Part shown: one piece after another, positions 33,123 through 41,948 of the stretch
How positions within the stretch are numbered: the first letter of the stretch is position 1
Layout: each line of letters starts with the position of its first letter
NCBI GenBank assembly: GCA_049324875.1
Contig: JBMONC010000063.1
Location: 5,012-69,011, forward strand
Length of the DNA stretch: 64,000 nucleotides
Direction of reading: 5' to 3'
Source: Bacillota bacterium
GTDB lineage: Bacteria; Bacillota; Sulfobacillia; Symbiobacteriales; Symbiobacteriaceae
Made by a program: the position numbers and the translations under genes
The notes under the pieces: generated by a model
Told to the model about the DNA's origin: nothing
The model's input: only the letters and a program-made list of their open reading frames with translations
Databases searched by the model: none

Positions 33123-34541
33123 TTAGAACGCCTGGACCTTGATGGTGGCGTAGATGTAGTCGATCGCCCGGACCGGCCGCACCGCTGTGTCGATCCGGAC
33201 CACCCCCGCCGCGAAGTCATCGGGGGTCGACTCCACCGAAACGGCGAAGGCCGGGGACTGCCCGTCGGTGCTGGGCACGATCGCCCCCTCCCGCTCCATC
33301 CGGGTGAAGGCCTCGGTGATCCGCTGCTTCAGGGCGAGCCGGTGCGCCTCGGTGTTCAACAGCCCGATGAAGTCCTGGGCGATGTTCTGCACGTGCCGGA
33401 CCGCCCGGTCGGCCACCCGGGTGACGTTGATCTGCCCGGTGTCGGTGGTGATCCCCTTGACCACCGAGATCCCCTTGCGGGGCACCTCATCGACGGCGCA
33501 GACCCCGGCCTTGATCAGCGCCTCCAGCTGCGGGTCGGTGAAGTCGAAGGAGAGGCTGGAGACCCCCGGGAGGCTCTTGAAGGTGGGCGACTCGAAGTAG
33601 CGTTGCCCGGCGATCATGCCGATCACGGCGCCCATGTACCCGTGGGGGGCGACCAGGACAAACCGCTCGCTCACCAGCCGGGAGGCCATCCGGGTGGTGA
33701 CCTCCATGTTGGGCCGGCCGTCCTCGGTGGGGATGGTCTGGCCGAAGCCCATCCGGTTCCGGGCGATCCGCGACATGCGCTCGCAGTGGCTGATGATCTC
33801 GGCGCAGATCTGGGTGGCGTTGGCCTCGCCGTACCGGTGGCTGGCGGCCACCATGTCCACGTCCGGGAAGGTCTCCAGCCGGGCGAGCGCCGCCGCAAAG
33901 GCCTCGGGCATGGCGTCCTGCCCGCCGGTCAGCGGCTTGGGCAGGGCGTCGGGGTTGGTGTTGTCGGGCAGCACCTGCGCATCCGGTGCGGCAGCCGTCT
34001 TCAGCGTCGCCCGCACGAAGGAGGACTCGGCGCTGACGGCGGCCACGAAGTAGCGGGCGTGGTCCCGCCTGCTGGAGAGGTTCCGGATCGTCTCCACCGG
34101 CTGGTCCGTCCCCTTCCGGAAGACCTGGACCTCCACCGCCTCCTGACCGGCAGCGACGCCGGTCCGGGTGACCAGCCGGACCGAGAGGTCGTTGCCCCAG
34201 GCCCCGCCGGCCTTCGCCCGGAACTCCAGCTTCGCGGGGGAGCCGTTCACCTGCACGCTCTCCTCCACCGCGGCGGCGGTCATCAGGTCGGGCGGGATGT
34301 TGACCACCACCACCTGGTTCAACCCCGCCGCGAAGGCCTGCCGAACCTCTGGCAGTGACATGACCGAGGCCGGCCCATAGGTCTCCCGGAACTCCTGCAA
34401 CGACCCGAGGGCCTGGAGCGGCTTGGACGAGCGGTCCACCTCGGTGGGGCCGACAATCCCCAGCACCCCGGTCGCGCCCAGCGGTCTGGGCACCAGTTCA
34501 CGAATCACGCGGATCTCCACGCCCGGAATGATCAGACCCAT
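33123..34541 (-). CDS. Contractile tail sheath protein
   Basis: The N-terminus MGLIIPGVEIRVIRELVP.PLGATGVLGIVGPT and the C-terminal block GVCAVDEVPRKGISVVKGITTD...INVTRVADRAVRHVQNIAQDFIGLLNT...VRIDTAVRPVRAIDYIYATIKVQ match sheath N- and C-terminal domains. ATG 34541 (AAAGGAG 8 nt upstream) is preferred to GTG 34547. Confidence 0.85.
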   Translation of the reverse strand: MGLIIPGVEIRVIRELVPRPLGATGVLGIVGPTEVDRSSKPLQALGSLQEFRETYGPASVMSLPEVRQAFAAGLNQVVVVNIPPDLMTAAAVEESVQVNGSPAKLEFRAKAGGAWGNDLSVRLVTRTGVAAGQEAVEVQVFRKGTDQPVETIRNLSSRRDHARYFVAAVSAESSFVRATLKTAAAPDAQVLPDNTNPDALPKPLTGGQDAMPEAFAAALARLETFPDVDMVAASHRYGEANATQICAEIISHCERMSRIARNRMGFGQTIPTEDGRPNMEVTTRMASRLVSERFVLVAPHGYMGAVIGMIAGQRYFESPTFKSLPGVSSLSFDFTDPQLEALIKAGVCAVDEVPRKGISVVKGITTDTGQINVTRVADRAVRHVQNIAQDFIGLLNTEAHRLALKQRITEAFTRMEREGAIVPSTDGQSPAFAVSVESTPDDFAAGVVRIDTAVRPVRAIDYIYATIKVQAF

Positions 34542-34619
34542 ACCCACACTCCTTTGCCCCCGAAATCATCCGCCACGCGGATAAGTAGTATGACTAAAAA
34601 TAATATTCGGTCTATTAAG

Positions 34620-34648
34620 AGCATAGGTGGAGCCCTGTACAGTGTCAA
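34620..34648 (-). promoter_or_regulatory. Sigma-A-type promoter of the contractile-tail locus
   Basis: The minus strand reads TTGACA (34648-34643), a 17-nt spacer, then TATGCT (34625-34620), about 75 nt upstream of the sheath start. It sits in an AT-rich gap between a terminator and the sheath gene. Confidence 0.55.
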
Positions 34649-34728
34649 TACGCCCCACCCTTGTCCGGCAAAAGTTTAATGATTTAGTGGCGGACGTTAT
34701 CCGGGACGGATGGTCCGAGAAACGAGAA

Positions 34729-34748
34729 AGAGCCCCGGAAAGGGCTCT
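34729..34748 (-). terminator. Terminator of the tyrosine-catabolism operon
   Basis: AGAGCCC / GGGCTCT 7-bp stem with a 6-nt loop, followed on the minus strand by TTCTCGTTTCTC. It lies 26 nt after the flavin reductase stop. Confidence 0.5.
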
Positions 34749-34773
34749 GGATATAAAGACCGGACCAAACCCC

Positions 34774-35385
34774 CTACCCCGGGCGCTCCATCGTAAAGCG
34801 GTCGGTGCAGCGGACGTAGTCGTTGCCGGAGAGCCGGCCGATGGGCTGGAGCAGGTCGAGGTTGATCCGGCCGGCCTCGTAGATCTCGTCGGCTACGTGG
34901 ATGCGCTGGACGGTGCCCAGCACCACCGCACCGGAGCCGGGGCGGTCGCCGCCTACCTCCACCACCTGGAGCAGGGTGCACTCGTAGCTGACCAGGCTCT
35001 CGGCCACCCTCGGCACCCGGACAAGGGCGGAACCGGCCGGGGTCAGGCCCGAGGCGGCGAACTCATCCACCTCGGGCGGGAAGGACTGGCTGGTGGCGTT
35101 CATCTGGGCGGCGAAGCGCTCGCTGACGATGTTGATCACGAACTCGCCGGTGGCCTCGATGTTGACCAGGGTGTCCTTCTTCCGGCCGTCGACGCCCCGG
35201 CGCATGGGGCTGAAGCAGAGGACCATCGGGTCGGCGCTGACGGCGGTGAAGAAGCTGAAGGGGGCCAGGTTGGGTACTCCCTCCGGGCTCACGGTGGAGA
35301 CCAGGGCGATGGGGCGGGGCACGATCGCCCCGATCATCAGCTTGTAGGCCTCCCGCCAGGGGAGGGTGGACGGGTCGATGATCAC
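34774..35385 (-). CDS. Flavin reductase-like (FMN-binding split-barrel) protein
   Basis: AIVPRPIALVSTVSPEGVPNLAPFSFFTAVSADPMVLCFSP...DTLVNIEATGEFVINIVSE is the Flavin_Reduct pattern. Confidence 0.8.
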   Translation of the reverse strand: MIIDPSTLPWREAYKLMIGAIVPRPIALVSTVSPEGVPNLAPFSFFTAVSADPMVLCFSPMRRGVDGRKKDTLVNIEATGEFVINIVSERFAAQMNATSQSFPPEVDEFAASGLTPAGSALVRVPRVAESLVSYECTLLQVVEVGGDRPGSGAVVLGTVQRIHVADEIYEAGRINLDLLQPIGRLSGNDYVRCTDRFTMERPG

Positions 35386-35401
35386 GCTGCATACCTCCAG
35401 G

Positions 35402-36568
35402 CTACTGCCGCTTCTCCAGCCACGAGTACATGTAGTTCTCGTCCTCGGGAACCGGCACCTGCCGGGCCACCCGCAGGGGGTGGAAGGTGTCGATCATCAC
35501 CGCCAGCTCGTCGGTCCGGCTCTTGCCGATCGCCCCCTCCACCGCCCCCGGGTGCGGCCCGTGGGGGATGCCGGAGGGGTGCAGGGTGACGGAGCCCACC
35601 TCGATCCCCCGGCGGCTCATGAAGTTACCCTCCACGTAGTAGAGTACCTCGTCGGAATCGACGTTGGAGTGGTTGTAGGGGACGGCGATCGCCTCGGGGT
35701 GGTAGTCGAAGAGGCGGGGCACGAAGGAGCAGACCACGAAGTCGGGGCCGGCGAAGGTCTGGTGGACCGGAGGTGGCTGGTGGATCGAGCCGGTGATCGG
35801 CTCGAAGTCGTGGATCGAGAGCGCCCAGGGGTAGAGGAAGCCGTCCCAGCCCACCACATCCAGCGGGTGGTGGTCGAAGCGGCAGGCGGTGATCCGCCCC
35901 TGCGCCCGGACCCGCACCTCGAACTCGCCCTGCTCGTCGAAGCTCTCCAGCTCCTCCGGCACCCGGATGTCCCGCTCGCAGTAGGGGCTGTGCTCCAGCA
36001 GCTGGCCGTACTCGTTCCGGTACCGCTTCGGCGGCTCGATGGCGCCCTGCGCCTCGAAGATCAGCACCCGGTGCGGGGTGTCGGGCTCGGGCAGCATCCG
36101 CCAGGTGGTCCCGATGGGGATCACCAGGTAATCCCCCGGCTGGTAGGGCAGGGAGCCGTAGATCGTCTGGAGCCGCCCCCGCCCCTCGTGGATGAAGAGC
36201 AGCTCATCCCCCTCGCCGTTCCGGTAGAAATAGTCCATGGGCTGGTTCGGCCGGGCGATGGAGATGGTGACGTTCTGGTTGCCCATCAGCAGGCGGCGCC
36301 CGGTCAGGATATCCCCCCCGGGCTCCAGTCCGCCGGTCCGGAAGTGTCGGTGGCGCAGCGCCCCCGGCTCCTCGTACTCCCGCACCACCGGGCCCAGGTC
36401 GGTGACCCGGCGGACCGCCGTGGGCGGGTGGATGTGGTAGAGGATCGACTGGATGCCCGAGAAGCCCCGGGTGCCCATCACCTGCTCCTTGTACAGCTGC
36501 CCGTCGGGGCGCCGGAACTGGGTGTGCCGCTTGTGCGGCACGCTCCCCCGTGAAACGTAAAACGGCAT
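35402..36568 (-). CDS. hmgA: Homogentisate 1,2-dioxygenase (short Bacillus-type)
   Basis: ATG 36568 (AAAGGGGAG upstream); the 23 extra track codons are unlikely. MPFYVSRGSVPHKRHTQFRRPDGQLYKEQVMGTRGFSGIQSILYH is the typical N-terminus of Firmicute HmgA. Cupin-type C-terminus. Confidence 0.8.
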   Translation of the reverse strand: MPFYVSRGSVPHKRHTQFRRPDGQLYKEQVMGTRGFSGIQSILYHIHPPTAVRRVTDLGPVVREYEEPGALRHRHFRTGGLEPGGDILTGRRLLMGNQNVTISIARPNQPMDYFYRNGEGDELLFIHEGRGRLQTIYGSLPYQPGDYLVIPIGTTWRMLPEPDTPHRVLIFEAQGAIEPPKRYRNEYGQLLEHSPYCERDIRVPEELESFDEQGEFEVRVRAQGRITACRFDHHPLDVVGWDGFLYPWALSIHDFEPITGSIHQPPPVHQTFAGPDFVVCSFVPRLFDYHPEAIAVPYNHSNVDSDEVLYYVEGNFMSRRGIEVGSVTLHPSGIPHGPHPGAVEGAIGKSRTDELAVMIDTFHPLRVARQVPVPEDENYMYSWLEKRQ

Positions 36569-36581
36569 GCTCTCTCCCCTT

Positions 36582-37502
36582 TCACCCGATCTGGTTTCGC
36601 AGGAGCCCCAGCCCCTCCACCTCCAGCTCCACCACATCGCCGGGCTCCAGCCAGCGGTGGGCCTCGGTCTCCAGCAGGCAGCCGGTCCCCACGGTGCCCG
36701 AGCCGATGATCTCGCCGGGGTAGAGGGTGCAGTCCTGACTGGCCCGCTCGATCAGCTGGGCAAAGGGGAAGTGCATCTCGGCCAGGTTCCCCCGGCTCAC
36801 CTCCTGCCCGTTGATCCGGGCGACCATGGTCAGGTCGAGCCGCCCGTCGGGCCGCCGCCGGTCGGCCAGCTCGTCGGGCGTCACCAGCCAGGGGCCGAAG
36901 GAGGTGGCGAAGTCCTTGCCCTTGGCGGGGCCGAGCCCCACCCGCATCTCCCGGGCCTGGATGTCCCGGGCCGACCAGTCGTTCATGATCATGTAGCCGG
37001 CGATGTAGGACTCCGCCTCCGCCGCCGGGATATCCCGCCCGGTGCGCCCGATCACCGCCGCCACCTCCAGCTCGAAGTCGAGCATGGCGGTCCGGCGGGG
37101 CTTGGGCACCACCTCCTCCGGCCCGTAGACGGCGTTGGGATTGCTGAAGTAGAAGACCGGGGCCTCGTACCAGGCCTCCAGCATGGGCAGGCCCCGCCGG
37201 GCCCGGGCGTTCCGCACGTGGGCCTCGAAGGCGTAGAAGTCCCGGATGGTCCGGGGCCGGGGGATGGGGGCCAGCAGCCGGAGCTCGGCCAGCGGGAAGG
37301 TGGCGACGGCGGGTCGCCACGGCCCGAGGGCGGCCCGCAGCTCGTCCAGGGGCTGACCAAGGAGCTCCTCCAGCGCGGCGCCGGGAACGGGGTAGAAGTC
37401 GAACCAGCGGGCCGCCTCGGCCGCCCCGATCAGGTGCTCTCCCTCGATCCACCCGGTGACCGTCCGCTCGCCGTCCACCAGCGCCGTGGCCAGCCGCATC
37501 AC
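36582..37502 (-). CDS. Fumarylacetoacetate hydrolase family protein
   Basis: 306 aa. FAH-fold blocks (PKPRRTAMLDFELEVAAVIG..GRDI....A..YIAGYMIMNDWSARDIQ..E......PAKGKDFA...GPW). Overlaps the hppD stop. Confidence 0.75.
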   Translation of the reverse strand: MMRLATALVDGERTVTGWIEGEHLIGAAEAARWFDFYPVPGAALEELLGQPLDELRAALGPWRPAVATFPLAELRLLAPIPRPRTIRDFYAFEAHVRNARARRGLPMLEAWYEAPVFYFSNPNAVYGPEEVVPKPRRTAMLDFELEVAAVIGRTGRDIPAAEAESYIAGYMIMNDWSARDIQAREMRVGLGPAKGKDFATSFGPWLVTPDELADRRRPDGRLDLTMVARINGQEVSRGNLAEMHFPFAQLIERASQDCTLYPGEIIGSGTVGTGCLLETEAHRWLEPGDVVELEVEGLGLLRNQIG

Positions 37503-38587
37503 AGATTCCCCCTGAGCGCCTGCTCCCGCTCAATCGCCTCGAAGAGCGCCTTGAAGTTCCCCTTCCCGAAGCCCCGGCTGCCCTTCCGCTGGATGATCTC
37601 GTAGAAGAGCGTCGGGCGGTCGCCCACCGGCTTGCTGAAGACCTGGAGCAGGTAGCCCTCCTCATCCCGGTCCACCAGGATCTTCAGCCGCCGCAGCTCC
37701 TCCATCGGCTCGGGGATCTGCCCCACCCGCTCGCTCAGCACCTCGTAGTAGGAGTCCGGCGTGTTGAGGAACTCGACCCCGTTCTGCTGCAGGGCGTCCA
37801 CCGTGGCGAGGATGTCGCCGGTGATCAGGGCGATGTGCTGTACCCCCGGCCCCTGGTAGAAGTCCAGGTACTCCTGGATCTGCGACTTCTTCTTCCCCTC
37901 GGCGGGCTCGTTGATCGGGAACTTGATCTTGCCGTTGCCCCCCGCCATCACCTTGGACATGAGCGCCGAGTAGTCGGTGGAGATGTCCTTGTCGTCGAAG
38001 GTCTGGAACTGGCTGAAGCCCAGCACCTCCTCGTAGAACCGGACCCAGTCCAGCATTTTGCCCAGCTCCACGTTGCCCACCATGTGATCGATGGCCACCA
38101 CCCCAGTCGGCGTCGCCGGCGGCGCCGTGATGGGCTTGTAGCCCGGAGCGAAGACCCCCCGGTATTCCTTCCGCTCGATGAAGGAGTGGACGGTATCCCC
38201 ATAGGTCTGAATCGTCGCCTTCTTGATCATCCCGTCGGCGTCGATCAGGTTGGTTGGCTCCATCACCACCTTGGCGCCCCGCTCCACCGCCTCCCCGAAC
38301 GCCTTCTCGCAGCTCTCCACCCGGAGGGCGATGTCCTTTACCCCGTCCCCATGGGTGCGGACGTGCTCGGCAATGGGACTGTCGGGCGAGAGCGCCCCGG
38401 TCACCACAAACCGGATCTCCCCCTGCTCGAGCATGTAGGAGGCCCGGTCCCGCACCCCTGTTTCCAGGCCGGCGTAGGCCTTCACGGTGAAGCCGAAGGC
38501 CGTCCGGTAGTAGTGCGCCGCCTGTTTGGCGTTCCCCACGTAGAACTCCACATAGTCGATGGCCTGGATCGGCAGAAAGTCGGTCAT
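37499..38587 (-). CDS. hppD: 4-hydroxyphenylpyruvate dioxygenase
   Basis: MTDFLPIQAIDYVEFYVGNAKQAAHYYRTAFGF..., two VOC modules, and a C-terminal ...FYEIIQRKGSRGFGKGNFKALFEAIEREQ typical of HppD. ATG 38587 is preferred; ATG 38650 has no SD. Confidence 0.85.
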   Translation of the reverse strand: MTDFLPIQAIDYVEFYVGNAKQAAHYYRTAFGFTVKAYAGLETGVRDRASYMLEQGEIRFVVTGALSPDSPIAEHVRTHGDGVKDIALRVESCEKAFGEAVERGAKVVMEPTNLIDADGMIKKATIQTYGDTVHSFIERKEYRGVFAPGYKPITAPPATPTGVVAIDHMVGNVELGKMLDWVRFYEEVLGFSQFQTFDDKDISTDYSALMSKVMAGGNGKIKFPINEPAEGKKKSQIQEYLDFYQGPGVQHIALITGDILATVDALQQNGVEFLNTPDSYYEVLSERVGQIPEPMEELRRLKILVDRDEEGYLLQVFSKPVGDRPTLFYEIIQRKGSRGFGKGNFKALFEAIEREQALRGNL

Positions 38588-38750
38588 CCTTCCCCACACT
38601 CCCCTGCTGTTTTTGGCCTGGATAGAGTCTAGTGCGGAATCCATCGGCATAGACCTGGCATGGTCAGGCTCTCGCCACTATGTTATCATAACTTCTACGG
38701 ATTGGAATCACTGGAATTGTTTCGGCTACCGATAGTTAGGAGGGACGAAG

Positions 38751-39836
38751 ATGTCGCTCTTCCCCGTCCGGCCTGAAGTGCTCCGCCTCTCGCCGTACAT
38801 CCCGGGAAAGCCGGTCTCGGAGGTGCAGCGGGAACTCGGGCTTACCGACGTGGTGAAGCTGGCCTCCAACGAGAATGCCCTGGGCCCCTCGCCCCTGGCG
38901 CAGCAGGCGCTGCGGGCGGCGGCAGCCCAGGCGCACATCTATCCGGAGCCCACCGCCCCCGCCCTGCGCCAGGCCCTGGCCGGCCTGACCGGCCTGCCGG
39001 CGGACTGGATTTACATCGGCAACGGCTCCGATGAGATCCTGCGGCTGCTGGCGGCCAGCTACCTCCGGGCGGGCGACCGAACGGTGGTGCCCGACTGCTC
39101 CTTCCCCAACTACCGGGCGGTCTCCCACCTCTTCGGGGCGGAGGTGATCACCGTTCCGCTGGCGGGGGAGACGATGGACCTGGAGGCGACCGCCCGGGCC
39201 GCTGCCGGGGCCCGGATCCTCTTCCTCTGCCGCCCCAACAACCCCACGGGGGCGGTCTTCAGCGAGGAGGCCTTCCGCCGCTTCATGGCGCAGGTCCCGC
39301 CCGAGACGCTGGTGCTGGTGGACCAGGCCTACCATGAGTACGACTCCTCCCCCTTCGACGGGCTGGGGCTGCTGGCGGCGTACCCGAACCTGATCCTGAC
39401 CCGGACCTTCTCCAAGGCCTACGGGCTGGCCGGGCTGCGGATCGGGTACGGGCTGGCCCGGCCGGAGATCTGGGCCCCGCTGCTGACGGTGCGGGAGCCC
39501 TTCTCGGTCAACGCCGCCGCCCAGGCGGCCGCCCTGGCCGCCCTGCAGGACGAGGCGCACCTGGCCGAGAGCCTGGCGGTGGCCCGGGAGGGGAAGCGGT
39601 TTCTGGCCGAGCGCTGCCAGGAGCTGGGACTGGGCGTCGTGCCCTCGGAGGCCAACTTCCTGCTGATCGACCTGGGCCGCCCCGCCCAGCCGGTCTTCGA
39701 GGCGCTGCTGCGGCGGGGGGTGATCGTCCGGCCCTGCGGCGGCTTCGGGCGGCCCCAGGCGATCCGGGTCACGGTGGGCCGCCCCTGGGAGAACCAGCGC
39801 TTCGCCGAGGCGCTGAGCCTCTCGCTGCGCCGGTAG
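38751..39836 (+). CDS. Histidinol-phosphate/aromatic aminotransferase (class II PLP)
   Basis: YPEP....LR.ALA....., NPNNPTG, and the PLP-lysine block RTFSKAYGLAGLRIGY. RBS TAGGAGGG. Divergent from hppD, so it is probably the tyrosine transaminase of the pathway. Confidence 0.8.
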   Translation: MSLFPVRPEVLRLSPYIPGKPVSEVQRELGLTDVVKLASNENALGPSPLAQQALRAAAAQAHIYPEPTAPALRQALAGLTGLPADWIYIGNGSDEILRLLAASYLRAGDRTVVPDCSFPNYRAVSHLFGAEVITVPLAGETMDLEATARAAAGARILFLCRPNNPTGAVFSEEAFRRFMAQVPPETLVLVDQAYHEYDSSPFDGLGLLAAYPNLILTRTFSKAYGLAGLRIGYGLARPEIWAPLLTVREPFSVNAAAQAAALAALQDEAHLAESLAVAREGKRFLAERCQELGLGVVPSEANFLLIDLGRPAQPVFEALLRRGVIVRPCGGFGRPQAIRVTVGRPWENQRFAEALSLSLRR

Positions 39837-39852
39837 GGCGGGGCAAAGCAAG

Positions 39853-39879
39853 ACCCGGCCAGGGGCTCCCTGGCCGGGT
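39853..39879. terminator. Bidirectional hairpin between convergent genes
   Basis: 12-bp stem ACCCGGCCAGGG / CCCTGGCCGGGT with a 3-nt loop, between the stops at 39836 (+) and 39891 (-). Confidence 0.6.
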
Positions 39880-39890
39880 TCGGTGCGCTC

Positions 39891-40832
39891 TCAGCCCCGG
39901 AAGACGGGGGTGGAGAGGTACTTGAGGCCGGTGTCGCACTGGAGGGTGACCACCGTCTTCCCCGGGCCCAGCCGCTCCGCCAGCCGGATGGCGGCCACCA
40001 CGTTGCAGCCGGTGGAGACGCCGCCGAAGATCCCCTCCTCCCGGGCGAGACGGCGGGCCATCGCCCGGGCCTCCTCGGTGGAGACGGTGACAATCTCGTT
40101 CACCAGATCGGGCTCAAAGAGGGGGACGATGAAGCCCAGCCCCATCCCCTCGATGTAGTGGGCGCCCGACCTCCCCTGGGAGATGATGGGCGACTCAGCC
40201 GGCTCGATGCCGACGATCCGGATCTGCCGGTTGTGCCGCCAGAGCGCCTGGGTGGTGCCGTGGATCGAGTGGGCGGTGCCGATGGCGTGAACGAAGGCGT
40301 CCACCTGCCCCTCGGTCTGCTCCCAGATCTCCTCGCCCATGGCGTGGTAGCCCTCGTGGGCGTCGGCGTTGTTCAGCTGGTCGGTCCAGAAGTGGTTGGG
40401 CTGCCGGCTGAGGCGCCGGGCGGTCTCGATCATCTCCTGGATCAGGGCGGCGGTGATCCGCTGGTTGTCGCTGGGCACCAGGGTGAGCTGCGCCCCGAAG
40501 GCGGCCATGGAGTCCCGCTTCTCCTGGCTGAAGGCGTCGGAGGTGACCATGTGGGCCCGGAAGCCGAGGGTGGTGGCGACGAAGGAGAGGGAGGTGCCCA
40601 TGGAGCCCCCGGTGTACTCCACCACGGTGCCGCCGGCGGGCAGCCGCCCATCCGCGGCGGCCTTCCGGATCATCGCCAGCGCCCCCCGGTCCTTCATGCT
40701 GCCGGTCGGGTTCAGCCCCTCCAGCTTGATCAGGACCCGGGCGGCCCCCTCCGGTACGATGCGGCGCAGGGGGATCAGTGGGGTCTGGCCGATGGCCTCG
40801 ATGGGGCTGCTCAACAGTCGCACGGGTACCAT
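39891..40832 (-). CDS. Cysteine synthase / PLP-dependent Trp-synthase-beta-fold enzyme
   Basis: IGQTPLIPL.....GA.VLIKLEGLNPTGSMKDRGALAMI (PLP lysine block), GGSMGTSLSF and GVSTGCNV. Confidence 0.75.
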   Translation of the reverse strand: MVPVRLLSSPIEAIGQTPLIPLRRIVPEGAARVLIKLEGLNPTGSMKDRGALAMIRKAAADGRLPAGGTVVEYTGGSMGTSLSFVATTLGFRAHMVTSDAFSQEKRDSMAAFGAQLTLVPSDNQRITAALIQEMIETARRLSRQPNHFWTDQLNNADAHEGYHAMGEEIWEQTEGQVDAFVHAIGTAHSIHGTTQALWRHNRQIRIVGIEPAESPIISQGRSGAHYIEGMGLGFIVPLFEPDLVNEIVTVSTEEARAMARRLAREEGIFGGVSTGCNVVAAIRLAERLGPGKTVVTLQCDTGLKYLSTPVFRG

Positions 40833-40994
40833 CCTTTCTAAAGCTGCCTTGGGCGCTCCCGCCGGTTTGTCAGTCTCGCTCTCTCAAAGATTCTCGCCCT
40901 CCTCCTGCTCTCCTGTCGGGGCGCCGTCCTTCCCGGGCGTGCAGTGGTACGGCGGGACGAGATGGTCTATACTGGAGGGCAGAGGTGAAGTCCG

Positions 40995-41831
40995 TTGAAG
41001 CTTGGCTGCCACATCAGCATCAGCAAGGGGTTTGCCCAGTCGGTGGAGAACGCCTACCGCCTGGGCTGCGAGTCCTTCCAGTTCTTCACGAAGAACCCGC
41101 GGGCCTTCAAGGGGAAGGCCGCCGACCCGGGCGAGGCCGAGAGGGGCCGGGCGCTGATGGCGCAGTACGGCCTGGTGGCGGTGGCTCACGCCCCCTACAT
41201 CACCAACCTCTCCACCCCCGACCCGGCGCTGCAGGCCACCTCCATCGCCTCGCTCAAGCAGGATCTGGAGAACGCCGAGGCTTACGGAGCCGTGGGCTGT
41301 GTCTGCCATATGGGCAAGCACGTCGAGATGGGCGAGGAGTACGGCATCAGGCGGATGGTGGAGACGCTGGACATGCTCCTGGAGGAGTACACCGGCCCCT
41401 GCCTGCTGCTGCTGGAGAACACGGCGGGGCAGGGCTCGGAGCTGGGCACCACCCTGGAGCAGTGCGTGCAGGTCCGGAGTATGGTCCGGCAGCCGGAGCG
41501 GATCGGCTTCTGCTTCGACACCTGCCACGGCTTTGCCGCCGGGGCCTACCGGCCCGAGGACTGGGAGGCCTTCGTGGAGCACGCCCGGGCCATCGGCTAC
41601 TGGGAGCACCTGAAGGCGATCCACCTGAACGACTCCAAGTTCGAGTTCGGCAGCCGGAAGGACCGGCACGCCAACCTGGGCCAGGGCTTCATCGGGGAGG
41701 AGGGGCTGGCCCGCATCCTCCGCTCCAGCGCCCTGCAGGGGCTGCCGGTGCTCCTGGAGACGCCGGTGGAGACCGAGGAGGACTACCGTCCCGAGATGGA
41801 GTACGCCCGGAGCCTGATCTCGGCCAAGTAA
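40995..41831 (+). CDS. nfo: Endonuclease IV (AP endonuclease family 2)
   Basis: TTG 40995 with GAGGTGA upstream. Blocks HAPYITNL, CHMG, LLLENTAGQGSELG, CFDTCHGFAAG and IHLNDSK. Confidence 0.85.
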   Translation: MKLGCHISISKGFAQSVENAYRLGCESFQFFTKNPRAFKGKAADPGEAERGRALMAQYGLVAVAHAPYITNLSTPDPALQATSIASLKQDLENAEAYGAVGCVCHMGKHVEMGEEYGIRRMVETLDMLLEEYTGPCLLLLENTAGQGSELGTTLEQCVQVRSMVRQPERIGFCFDTCHGFAAGAYRPEDWEAFVEHARAIGYWEHLKAIHLNDSKFEFGSRKDRHANLGQGFIGEEGLARILRSSALQGLPVLLETPVETEEDYRPEMEYARSLISAK

Positions 41832-41835
41832 AGGC

Positions 41836-41862
41836 GGGCGGGGGCCAGATGCGCCCCCGCCC
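41836..41862 (+). terminator. Hairpin after nfo
   Basis: GGGCGGGGG / CCCCCGCCC 9-bp GC stem, 5 nt after the stop. Weak U-tract (TCTCG). Confidence 0.45.
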
Positions 41863-41889
41863 TCTCGCGCCTCCCTCCGCGACCCGCCC

Positions 41890-41917
41890 TTGTATACCAC
41901 CCGGGGTATGGTATAAT
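41890..41917 (+). promoter_or_regulatory. Extended -10 promoter for the ACR3/BASS transporter gene
   Basis: TTGTAT (41890-95), a 16-nt spacer ending in TG (41909-10), then TATAAT (41912-17). The track's ATG 41916 lies inside the -10 box. Confidence 0.5.
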
Positions 41918-41948
41918 GAAGCCAATCGCTTCCGAGGAGGAGAACGGC

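Noticed and set aside
19060-34648. Intact or recently integrated Mu/PBSX-like prophage
   Set aside because: Both flanks are visible in the window and contain metabolic or housekeeping genes. There is no capsid, portal, terminase, transposase/integrase, repressor or lysis gene, and no att-like direct repeats were noticed. Only the tail/baseplate module is present.
19060-34648. Canonical type VI secretion system
   Set aside because: The sheath is a single phage-type ORF, not a TssB/TssC pair. There are no TssM/TssL/TssJ membrane-complex genes, no ClpV and no TssA/TssK. Gene order follows the phage tail pattern. The organism appears to be monoderm-like Bacillota.
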